Position numbers and translations under genes: made by a program. From a phage: DNA of 64,000 nucleotides. Position 1 is the stretch's first letter, and each line of letters starts with the position of its first letter. Of this stretch, positions 56,097-64,000 are shown piece after piece. Under the pieces are notes generated by a model. That model was given only the letters and a program-made list of their open reading frames with translations. It had not been told where the DNA came from and did not search any database. The DNA lies in the NCBI GenBank assembly GCA_032986305.1, contig GCA_032986305.1_3672.1, one strand, 5' to 3'.

Positions 56097-56850
56097 TGGC
56101 CCTTCTCCTTACTACAGGCTCGTTTGCTAAGAATACAGCTTTTGCCCAACCACGTGGTGTGAGGCTTCGAATCATCTTTGTTCTTGCACTCTTTCCACCC
56201 AGCTTGGCGTGTTGCATGGAATACCCGCTAACCGCGTCAACTATTTGCGGGACAGGTTTTGTGGCCGGGATTATAAATCCATTACCTATCCAGCCGCAAG
56301 TTATTTTTGGATAGGCATCGCGTGGAGCTATAAATTCAGGAAACCAAGGGTTTACATCATCCTCCGGTAAATACCCGCCATAGTCAGAAGGATGAAAACG
56401 GTAATCAGGTTTGCGCCACAGTGTGGACATAACACCCACAGGATTTTCTACATGCCACGGGCAATCGTAAATCTCTCCCAGCTCTTCAGCAACCCGAGCA
56501 TCCTTTACAGCATTAATTTGGATCATAGGGTCCTTATCCAGCTTTTTCTTAAAATGTGCAGCACCTGATACCGCTAAATGCGTGCACGGAGGAAATGCAA
56601 GAATAAAGTCTGGAGCTGGGTACATGCAAAAAGTTTCCTGAGGGAACCATGGGTCAATCCAATAATCCACATAGTGAATGTTGGGATGATCGGTTATCAC
56701 CTCTGCATAACTGCCGTGGTCAGCACCTTCTGCGTTAAAGCACAGGCACAGATATCCAGCTTTTGCCCAGTCAATGACTGCACCGCCAGATCCGTCAAAT
56801 AGACTCCACACAACACCTTTGTGGTAGTGTTCTTTATAGATAAATTTCAA
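56089..56850 (-). CDS. putative DNA methyltransferase (cytosine-5-like motifs); start probably TTG 56850
   Basis: Motif I-like SLFDGSGG, FPPC, ENPVG in correct order; track start at 56880 lies inside terminator hairpin. Confidence 0.4.
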   Translation of the reverse strand: MKFIYKEHYHKGVVWSLFDGSGGAVIDWAKAGYLCLCFNAEGADHGSYAEVITDHPNIHYVDYWIDPWFPQETFCMYPAPDFILAFPPCTHLAVSGAAHFKKKLDKDPMIQINAVKDARVAEELGEIYDCPWHVENPVGVMSTLWRKPDYRFHPSDYGGYLPEDDVNPWFPEFIAPRDAYPKITCGWIGNGFIIPATKPVPQIVDAVSGYSMQHAKLGGKSARTKMIRSLTPRGWAKAVFLANEPVVRRRANG

Positions 56851-56861
56851 TTTGCTGTCTC

Positions 56862-56895
56862 CTAATGCAAAAAGCCCCACCCTTTCGGGCAGGGC
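56862..56895 (-). terminator. rho-independent terminator (second copy of 22-bp hairpin)
   Basis: Identical GCCCCACCCTTTCGGGCAGGGC to 45803-45824. Confidence 0.55.
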
Positions 56896-56901
56896 CTAGT
56901 G

Positions 56902-57384
56902 TTAAACCCGGATACCTATTGTATACTCGGTGGATACCAATGTCAAATCTAAATTTAAAATTTCTTGCATCTCATAGTATGCGTCCAGGGTGAGATACAT
57001 TTCCCCATCCTTTTCTACATACTTGTCCAAGTGCTTGAGGCATTTCGGATAACTATCAAGTGCAGCTTTCAGGCACTCAAACTCTGTGCTGTTGATGAAT
57101 CCTTCCATCTTGGCTACCCGTTCTGGGGTAACGATAGCACTGTAGTGAGATTTAGCTTCCTGAATGCAATGGGTCCAAGCATCAACTTTCTCTTCGAAAA
57201 GTCCGAAGAATTTCTTTTTGGTGAGCTTCAGATTCTTTAAGTGCTTAAGCACTCGGTTGCCGATCACAGCCACATCACGAAACTTAAGGATCACTTTGTC
57301 GATATCCTCGCGGCCTATTTTCACAAAGCAAGCCTCACACATTTCAGGAGCTGCGTAACCTACTTTCCACATAAAATCTGACAT
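56902..57384 (-). CDS. hypothetical protein
   Basis: 160 aa. Confidence 0.45.
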   Translation of the reverse strand: MSDFMWKVGYAAPEMCEACFVKIGREDIDKVILKFRDVAVIGNRVLKHLKNLKLTKKKFFGLFEEKVDAWTHCIQEAKSHYSAIVTPERVAKMEGFINSTEFECLKAALDSYPKCLKHLDKYVEKDGEMYLTLDAYYEMQEILNLDLTLVSTEYTIGIRV

Positions 57385-57396
57385 AACACTATCTCC

Positions 57397-57795
57397 TTAT
57401 TCTTCCTGAAAAGCAACGATATCATATGAACTTGCAGACGATCCTGGTGAAGAATGACTCCAGTCTAGGTCATCAGAGTAGTCAGCGTACTGTGCACCAC
57501 TACGTAGTTTATATTTTACCCACTTACCTGGTGCAGGGTTTTCACCACCTTCCCATACTTCCCAGCCTTCTGGCAGGCCGTCCTGGGGATAGTCCTCCAC
57601 CTCACTAATAATCTTAGGGTTTGGCACCAAGATCCCTGCAGGCTCTTCCTTCCGGATAAGTGTCCACACAACGTAGGTGTCTGAGCAGGCGCATGATAGC
57701 AAAGTATATCCCCTATTCAGAACTTCTGCAAGCTCTTTTTCAGCATCTTCCAATTTGGTTAAGTGGTATTGGATAACCTTCACACCTGTAATCAT
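57397..57795 (-). CDS. hypothetical protein
   Basis: 132 aa. Confidence 0.4.
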   Translation of the reverse strand: MITGVKVIQYHLTKLEDAEKELAEVLNRGYTLLSCACSDTYVVWTLIRKEEPAGILVPNPKIISEVEDYPQDGLPEGWEVWEGGENPAPGKWVKYKLRSGAQYADYSDDLDWSHSSPGSSASSYDIVAFQEE

Positions 57796-58097
57796 CAGAA
57801 ACCTCCCACTTCTTCAGCAAATGCAGCTGCTGTCGTCGCTGCATCCAGATAGGACTCTAGTTCACGGGCTGCACGTTTGTAAATTGAGTGGCGAATATCG
57901 TTTGGCAGTTGGTGGAAGTCAACCTCTTCACCGTTGCGGTAAACATGCACATCAGTGATCTGTCTAAATCCGTAATAGTCAACATCAGAATCACGGCACT
58001 CCGGGTCTGGCAACTGGACAACTGCCTGAGCTTCTACAGTGAACATATCGTCAAGTTCGAAATCGATTTCAAAAGTGTATGGTTTATAACGTTTCAT
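57795..58097 (-). CDS. hypothetical protein
   Basis: 100 aa. Confidence 0.4.
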   Translation of the reverse strand: MKRYKPYTFEIDFELDDMFTVEAQAVVQLPDPECRDSDVDYYGFRQITDVHVYRNGEEVDFHQLPNDIRHSIYKRAARELESYLDAATTAAAFAEEVGGF

Positions 58098-58157
58098 CGT
58101 TTAGGGCTTCCTTAGTTTTTGTGGGGAGGAGTGCCTCCCCTTTAGACTCACATCTTA

Positions 58158-58499
58158 CTACTGAAGGTCTTCAGAGTCAAGCTCAAAAAGAATCAAACTG
58201 TGCATGCCTGCAGAGAGATCAACACACCCTGCAACAATAAGGGTCTGATAGTAAGGTTCAGCACCCTCGATGTCTTCGTTAAAATCTACAACAAGGTAGT
58301 CACCTTTGTTAAAGGTGTATTTGTCCGATGTAAACGCAAAACCTGCCCAGTCCCCTACTGCAGGATCTTTATCAGTCACCTTTGTCAGCAGTAGATCTTT
58401 TTCACGAGATCTTTTAGTAAAATCGTGAATCACAACATCCTTCTCTTCCGGAGTTGGATTGCCACACACGTAGTTAACTATATTTCTCCACAAACTCAT
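58158..58499 (-). CDS. hypothetical protein
   Basis: 113 aa. Confidence 0.4.
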   Translation of the reverse strand: MSLWRNIVNYVCGNPTPEEKDVVIHDFTKRSREKDLLLTKVTDKDPAVGDWAGFAFTSDKYTFNKGDYLVVDFNEDIEGAEPYYQTLIVAGCVDLSAGMHSLILFELDSEDLQ

Positions 58500-59866
58500 A
58501 CGTCCCCCTCTTCTGCTCTGGTTTCAAAATCTTTCCTGACAATCTTGTCTAAGTCAGGGAATGTTGTATTGTAAAACTCTACGACTCGCGGGTCAACAAT
58601 AATGTCAACTTCTCTTAGTGGACGCAACAAGTTTATTCCTTGTATTGTCTTAACTCGACTCAAAGCAACATACGTCATCCCAGGAGAGAAAGCTCCGTTC
58701 TTTCCAAGGTCCAGGTTGTAACAATCTAGCGTAAGTCCTTGACTTTTATGAGATGTTACGGCGTACCCAGATTTCAGAGGGAGTTGCTTGTATGATCCAA
58801 TCACTACCCTCTCTATAAACTTCTCCATCTTCCTTTCTGCAATGTTGTATCTTTGAGATGGCTTATACTCGTTATTCTCCCACAACCTTTGCTCTATGTC
58901 AACCTGTGTTCCATCTTCAAGCTCCACCACCACCGCCTTGTTCTTAAATTTAACAATCGTGGCACGTGTTCCGTTAACATAATAAGGTACTTTGTGCGTC
59001 GGGTCAACATCGTTGGCGGTTATCATAACCTTCATGCCAATTTTCAACTTCATCTCCTGCTCAACTGGCAGGGTGGAGGGAAACTTACCTTTCATTTCCC
59101 CAGTGTATACCTTCTCTGGGGCGTTGATGGCATCATAGAACCTTCTGTTCACTTCCTCTGCTTGTTTATTGGTGGCGCAAATTGTGAGAGCGTCTGTTGG
59201 TACACCACCTTTGTAACAGCGAGCATTAAGTTCTGCTACAACCTCTTTTATGCGACGACCCTCACGAACACAGTTGAGCATTGTGGCAAATCGAATAGAC
59301 TCCTGTCGGAACTGATCTACTAGGGCTATGTTGTGGAGGTCAAGCTCTTTCCAAGATTCGGTATAGCAACACAGGTCCGTAGGGTAGAAGTTGAAGTAGG
59401 CTTCCTTCTCCATAGAAGAGACAACAGGAGGTGCCTGGTAAAAGTCGCCAAACAATATGACCTGTATGCCTCCGAAAGGTTTGTCATTTTTTCGAAGGAA
59501 GCGAAGTTTCCTATCCATCTCTATAAACTTATCAGCACGGATCATAGAGATTTCATCGATAATTAGGATGGTAAATGCCTTGCTTTTCAAAGGCTTTGCT
59601 GTTTTTGCCCTTATTGCGGTCCAGTCTGACTCCATGCTCACACCTGCTGCAAGATCGAAGGTTCGGTGTGCTGTTGCTCCATTAACGTTTAAAGCGGCTA
59701 CCCCTGTCGGGGCAACCGTTATGCAAGAGTCTCCATACATTGACTGGATCATGTTGATGAGGTACGTCTTCCCACAACCTGCGGGTCCTGAAACGAAGAC
59801 ATTCTCACCGCTCATGATTGCAACGAGGGCAGCATCTGTGCCTACATCATACTGCCCTTTTTCCAT
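58496..59866 (-). CDS. Dda/Pif1/RecD-family SF1 DNA helicase
   Basis: Walker A VSGPAGCGKTY, Walker B IIDEISMI, C-terminal motif YAVTSHKSQGLTLD. Confidence 0.8.
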   Translation of the reverse strand: MEKGQYDVGTDAALVAIMSGENVFVSGPAGCGKTYLINMIQSMYGDSCITVAPTGVAALNVNGATAHRTFDLAAGVSMESDWTAIRAKTAKPLKSKAFTILIIDEISMIRADKFIEMDRKLRFLRKNDKPFGGIQVILFGDFYQAPPVVSSMEKEAYFNFYPTDLCCYTESWKELDLHNIALVDQFRQESIRFATMLNCVREGRRIKEVVAELNARCYKGGVPTDALTICATNKQAEEVNRRFYDAINAPEKVYTGEMKGKFPSTLPVEQEMKLKIGMKVMITANDVDPTHKVPYYVNGTRATIVKFKNKAVVVELEDGTQVDIEQRLWENNEYKPSQRYNIAERKMEKFIERVVIGSYKQLPLKSGYAVTSHKSQGLTLDCYNLDLGKNGAFSPGMTYVALSRVKTIQGINLLRPLREVDIIVDPRVVEFYNTTFPDLDKIVRKDFETRAEEGDV

Positions 59867-61071
59867 TACGCCTCCTCGTAAAGAATGTCGATAGTGTTAC
59901 CGTCTCGGTCAACAACGTATTCAATCGGGTCTCCGTCCTTGCGTGCTTCCGGAGCTACCACAATCTCATAGCGGCATGCACGGCACTTAGCGCTATTGTG
60001 TTGGTATGGCACACTAACCACATCTGCAGGGTCAACCATGACAGTCATTACAGTGCCGTAGCTCTTTGCATACTCCTTGCTGGCGCAATGTAAGCCATAG
60101 GAGCACGCAGCTTCAGGATCATCCTCTACAAAGTTGCGAGGCATGGATACAAAAGCACCCTGGTACTGTGGAACTTTACCACTGTGCCAATCAACCCACT
60201 TGCTGCCGTTAAACTGAACCCCTTTGTAGCAAATGATTCGACCATCTTCTGCAATCTGGATATCGTTGGCCTGCATAAAATCGTAGAGCATGTTTACAGA
60301 TTTTGCAGAAGGATTGCGCAGCAGGCGAACGAGGAATTTCACATAGCGGTCATCCAGTGTTCCGTCTGCATAATCTTTCTCAATTTTCTTTGCAATGGTG
60401 GATCGCATCTCTACACCGTAGTAGTAGAGCTTACCATCTTTCATGATCAGGTTGTCTGCAAGTGTGGTGAACTCATTCTTGCGTTCCAGCCAGACAAGGA
60501 TTTCACCAATTGCCTCATCATATTCCTGAACAGAGATATGGTCGAAGACTTTCTGGTAAACTTCCTCACTTTCGCTGCGGCGAATCTCAAAAATGCCTTC
60601 GTTGCAGGTGATCTGGAGGAGTTCCCCGCAAATAACTACCAAAGGCTCGATGCTTCGAGTCTGTTGCTGAGACACACTGCTCACCACTTCCAGCACCGGA
60701 TCTTTGACTTCTACTAAAGGTTCTTCTGACTTGATTGCTACCCCAGTGAACCCCACACCGTGAACAACACACAGTGGGTATACCACGCCCCAACGTTTAA
60801 CGGAACCTTCGCCTAAGTCTAAGATCATGGCGTACTTACCATTATCTTCCAATCCATAGCGGAATAAACGGGCCTCTTCGCGGGTTTCAAAATCCTCACG
60901 GGTGTAGCAGACGCTGTCACGGTCAGGATCGAACAACTCTGGGGCACCCACTGCCAGTGTCCAGGTTGTGTCACCTTTCTCAATAGCACATGTGAAACCC
61001 TTCTTCTCAAGTTCTGCACGGCGGTCTCGTGCTTCTTTACGAGTTTTGAAATGTTCGTAGATGAAAATCAT
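59866..61071 (-). CDS. hypothetical protein with N-terminal tandem repeat
   Basis: Two approx 45-aa repeats (F.TR.EAR..R..LE..G) at N-terminus; 401 aa. Confidence 0.45.
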   Translation of the reverse strand: MIFIYEHFKTRKEARDRRAELEKKGFTCAIEKGDTTWTLAVGAPELFDPDRDSVCYTREDFETREEARLFRYGLEDNGKYAMILDLGEGSVKRWGVVYPLCVVHGVGFTGVAIKSEEPLVEVKDPVLEVVSSVSQQQTRSIEPLVVICGELLQITCNEGIFEIRRSESEEVYQKVFDHISVQEYDEAIGEILVWLERKNEFTTLADNLIMKDGKLYYYGVEMRSTIAKKIEKDYADGTLDDRYVKFLVRLLRNPSAKSVNMLYDFMQANDIQIAEDGRIICYKGVQFNGSKWVDWHSGKVPQYQGAFVSMPRNFVEDDPEAACSYGLHCASKEYAKSYGTVMTVMVDPADVVSVPYQHNSAKCRACRYEIVVAPEARKDGDPIEYVVDRDGNTIDILYEEA

Positions 61072-61081
61072 AGCTGTCTCC

Positions 61082-63064
61082 TTATTTGGTGTTATTCTTT
61101 GTGTCGATCAGTTCACGGTATTCAATCATAGCAGGAGTGTCCCAATATTTCAAGCCCACATGCTTCAAAAGTGGATATTTCTTTTCCAATCTTGCAATAT
61201 AGGCCTTCCCGCACTTGACTCGGTTGGCGATTAAGATTTTGGCACGATGATTTAGCTCACTGTGCTTCCACGCGGTATTACCTTCCCACTTGTGGAAATG
61301 TGGCCGATAATTTCCAAAATCTTGCATGGGGATAATTTTCCCTAATTGTCTATACAGGCTGTCATATGAAGTTTCATTTGCTGCGCGAGTCAGTAAGAAT
61401 TTCCAGGCGTCCTCTTTCAACAAATGTTCCACATTTTTCTCTGTAACATACTGGCAATCAGGATCAGTCCAAAGCAGACGGGATTCTGATACCAGATACA
61501 AGTCCTCCCCTTCAGGAATCTGGAGTGCCGCACGCACACGGTCATAATTTTGCTGGTAGATGTTACTCAGCTGTCCCAGCCAACAACTTCCACGTTGGAT
61601 ATCACCCTCATAAGGAATGCAGTGCTTAATCTTCTTGAACTCTGCCTTAGTAATACGCTCACGACGGAAGTAACCATCCTTCTCAAGTTTTTTAACCCAA
61701 TAACCTGGCTCATAACGAGTTTTGGTTTCACCTTTCTTCGCAGGTCGGCGTGGAAGCTCTGATAACAATTTGACTGTATCTGCAAAGAACGGATGGTGTG
61801 CCACCTCTTTAAACTCTTTCACCAGATCCATGTTCCGGCAATAGAAAACGTTGCGTCCGGTGATCTCGCTTAAGTAGTTACACTTATTTCGGTTATATTT
61901 GCCGTCTCCGTCGTTAAATACTAAGTAGACCCCCCGTAAGAACTCCGACTTTCCGTAGCAGGCGTAACCTATGCGGCCTTTATTTAAGCCTCCAGCGAAG
62001 ATCTCACAATCTCCCAAACTTCCTAGTCCTGTCTCTTCCCATCGATCCCACATAAAATTCTTACCGAAGATGTGCCCAAACACTCCACTGTTCTTCATCA
62101 TCTCACGTGCTTCTGAGGATGTTTTTGCTGTCTCCAATTCCGCAACAACTTCTGCCCCACGAAGACGGATACCCTCTTTGACAAAAGCCTCTAGGCGATC
62201 CTGGAATCCACCGTCGTCATGGCCCTCTATGGTCCATTCACGCCCAGGGTTAATATTGCAATCCCCAATAGGAATTTCCACGCAGATCGCAGGGTAATCG
62301 GTCAATGTCTCCAGGAACTTAGAGCGGTAAGGTTGGTGACCCATCACAACACGGCTCTCATCAGAACTGGTATAACCTTTCAGGATGGTCATTTTCCAGC
62401 CATCCTTCTCGTAATGATACTGTGCCTCAACCTTGTCACCTTCTAACATCTTACTGGTCATGGGATCGGTGACGGTGAACGGAAACTTCGCATAGCGTAG
62501 GCATGATGCAATAGCAGTGCGATATTTCAGAACATGCTCTTTCTCAACATGGAACTGAACTTTTACCCCGTTGTGCTCTTCAGTCTTCCGCTCGCGGATC
62601 TTGGTAACGTTTGGGATACCCTGATCCAAGAACAACAGATATGTGCTTTCAACACCGTTGTGCACACTGATCACATCGAAAGTGTCCACCATGCTGAACG
62701 GGGCCTTTGAACCTACACCTTTATTACCTACCAGAGCGTTGCTGTTGCGCTTGGTTGACTCCCCGAGGTTCATGAAAGTGTTGCGGACCATCTCTTCTGA
62801 CATGCCTAATCCAACGTCCTGCACAAAGAAGTATGGTTCAAGGTCTGTAGGGGAGTGAATAATGATCGGTACATCACCCCGTCCAGACTCAACATGGGAG
62901 TCCACAGCATTGAAGATTGGTTCACGGCAGCTTGCCAGCACCTTATCTTCGTAAATCCCTTTAATGATCAGCCCAAAAGTCTCTTTGTTCAGAGAAATTG
63001 AGCCCCGGGTAACCTCCATATTCCCGGTTAGTACTGCTTTAGTTTCATTACTGTTTACGATCAT
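61082..63064 (-). CDS. GHKL-superfamily ATPase domain protein
   Basis: Bergerat-fold motifs in order: E-PIF-NAVD (N box), DVGLG (G1), GNKGVG (G2). Confidence 0.5.
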   Translation of the reverse strand: MIVNSNETKAVLTGNMEVTRGSISLNKETFGLIIKGIYEDKVLASCREPIFNAVDSHVESGRGDVPIIIHSPTDLEPYFFVQDVGLGMSEEMVRNTFMNLGESTKRNSNALVGNKGVGSKAPFSMVDTFDVISVHNGVESTYLLFLDQGIPNVTKIRERKTEEHNGVKVQFHVEKEHVLKYRTAIASCLRYAKFPFTVTDPMTSKMLEGDKVEAQYHYEKDGWKMTILKGYTSSDESRVVMGHQPYRSKFLETLTDYPAICVEIPIGDCNINPGREWTIEGHDDGGFQDRLEAFVKEGIRLRGAEVVAELETAKTSSEAREMMKNSGVFGHIFGKNFMWDRWEETGLGSLGDCEIFAGGLNKGRIGYACYGKSEFLRGVYLVFNDGDGKYNRNKCNYLSEITGRNVFYCRNMDLVKEFKEVAHHPFFADTVKLLSELPRRPAKKGETKTRYEPGYWVKKLEKDGYFRRERITKAEFKKIKHCIPYEGDIQRGSCWLGQLSNIYQQNYDRVRAALQIPEGEDLYLVSESRLLWTDPDCQYVTEKNVEHLLKEDAWKFLLTRAANETSYDSLYRQLGKIIPMQDFGNYRPHFHKWEGNTAWKHSELNHRAKILIANRVKCGKAYIARLEKKYPLLKHVGLKYWDTPAMIEYRELIDTKNNTK

Positions 63065-63561
63065 TTATTGCGCTCCTTGTAGTAGATATGACTCCCGAAT
63101 TGAGCTGTCCTCTGCATCTTTTTTGCCCATTTCGGTCGTACTTTGGTTGTATGGTAGTGTGTTGCTCCACCTGTTATGTCCATAGCCATGTATGCAACAT
63201 GGTTGTTATTATAGACCTTTAGAAGCATCTTTGCAAGACTTTTAGCGTGATCCCATGAATCTTTTTCTGTCACCTTAAAAGTTTTGCCGTGGTTTGTCCA
63301 CGAAAACTGGTTAGGTTGGTAGACAATCTTTCTTATAGTGTCTGGGTATTTGGGGTGAGCTTTCCTGTTTAGTGTGGCAAACCCGGATGCCAGCATACCC
63401 ATCGTGCCATCCCCTCTAGCCTCCCTGTAGATATTGCATGCCAGAATGTTTTCCTTAGTATCTGAGGGCTTGCAAGTATGATATACTTTTTGTTTTGGTG
63501 CTGCAACAACAGGCAGCGATAAAAATGCGCTCAAAATAATAGCAAAGATCTTAATTTTCAC
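63061..63561 (-). CDS. secreted cell-wall hydrolase (SleB/Hydrolase_2-like)
   Basis: N-terminal signal peptide; motif NIYREARGDG...QFSWT; GTG start after GGAG. Confidence 0.55.
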   Translation of the reverse strand: MKIKIFAIILSAFLSLPVVAAPKQKVYHTCKPSDTKENILACNIYREARGDGTMGMLASGFATLNRKAHPKYPDTIRKIVYQPNQFSWTNHGKTFKVTEKDSWDHAKSLAKMLLKVYNNNHVAYMAMDITGGATHYHTTKVRPKWAKKMQRTAQFGSHIYYKERNK

Positions 63562-63569
63562 AATAACTC

Positions 63570-63598
63570 CAAATAGAAAATCCCCGCCGAAGCGGGGG
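63570..63598 (-). terminator. rho-independent terminator (minus strand)
   Basis: CCCCGC-cgaa-GCGGGG with U-run on minus strand. Confidence 0.5.
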
Positions 63599-63610
63599 AG
63601 GTATTAGAAA

Positions 63611-63991
63611 TTAATCGTAGTGTGCCAAAATCTCTCCATCGTTGCAAGTTCCCTCTACAAAGTTATGAAGATTCATGCACTCATCTTGATAGAAGAATTT
63701 ACCGCTTTTCAGCCGTAAGCCAAACAACTCCGCATCTCCACGATGGCAAGCTTCTACAAGTTCATAGATTTCATACGGCAACTCTCCGTCGTCATGGAAG
63801 AACCCAGCTTTATCGTTGACATAGATGAAGAAATAATCACTGCTGTCGCAAGCGTCTAGTATTTTAAACCAGATTTCATCTACATCTTTTTCTCGGATAT
63901 CGATCACGCAAGTGGAGCTGCATTCGTACTCCTTCTCTGGCTCCTCGGTCAATACCACCAGGTAGTTTCCCCGCTTACCTACTTTAGCCAT
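63611..63991 (-). CDS. hypothetical protein
   Basis: 126 aa, ATG at 63991. Confidence 0.4.
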   Translation of the reverse strand: MAKVGKRGNYLVVLTEEPEKEYECSSTCVIDIREKDVDEIWFKILDACDSSDYFFIYVNDKAGFFHDDGELPYEIYELVEACHRGDAELFGLRLKSGKFFYQDECMNLHNFVEGTCNDGEILAHYD

Positions 63992-64000
63992 ACGACCTCC

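Overview
This window reads as a densely packed segment of a virulent tailed-phage genome, with no recognisable host genes. All calls are from reading the sequence and the supplied ORF track; no database search or folding was run. Layout: (1) 1-29.9 kb, plus strand: nucleotide-metabolism module (DEDD exonuclease, N6-adenine MTase, dNMP kinase, HAD nucleotidase, ThyX, NrdA, NrdB, glutaredoxin, NrdD, NrdG, PhoH, ClpP-like protease, second MTase), then about 40 small ORFs including paralog families. nrdD appears split into three exons by two group I introns, the second carrying an HNH endonuclease. (2) 29.9-32.35 kb: a 2.4 kb non-coding convergent region full of direct repeats and palindromes. (3) 32.35-41.3 kb, minus strand: small early-type genes, many with their own near-consensus sigma70 promoter, a GC hairpin in the 5' UTR and a strong SD. 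(4) 41.3-42.3 kb: non-coding region with two tandem promoter-plus-structured-RNA units and a tandem repeat array. (5) 42.3-64 kb, minus strand: replication block with T7-like family A DNA polymerase, TOPRIM/DnaB-type primase-helicase, Dda/Pif1-like helicase, SSB-like protein, GHKL ATPase, TARG1-like macro domain protein, HNH-AP2 endonuclease, MTase-like protein and a SleB-like cell-wall hydrolase. The most interesting candidates are the macro domain gene with no canonical start codon, the doubly interrupted nrdD, the GHKL ATPase, and the repeated regulatory elements.
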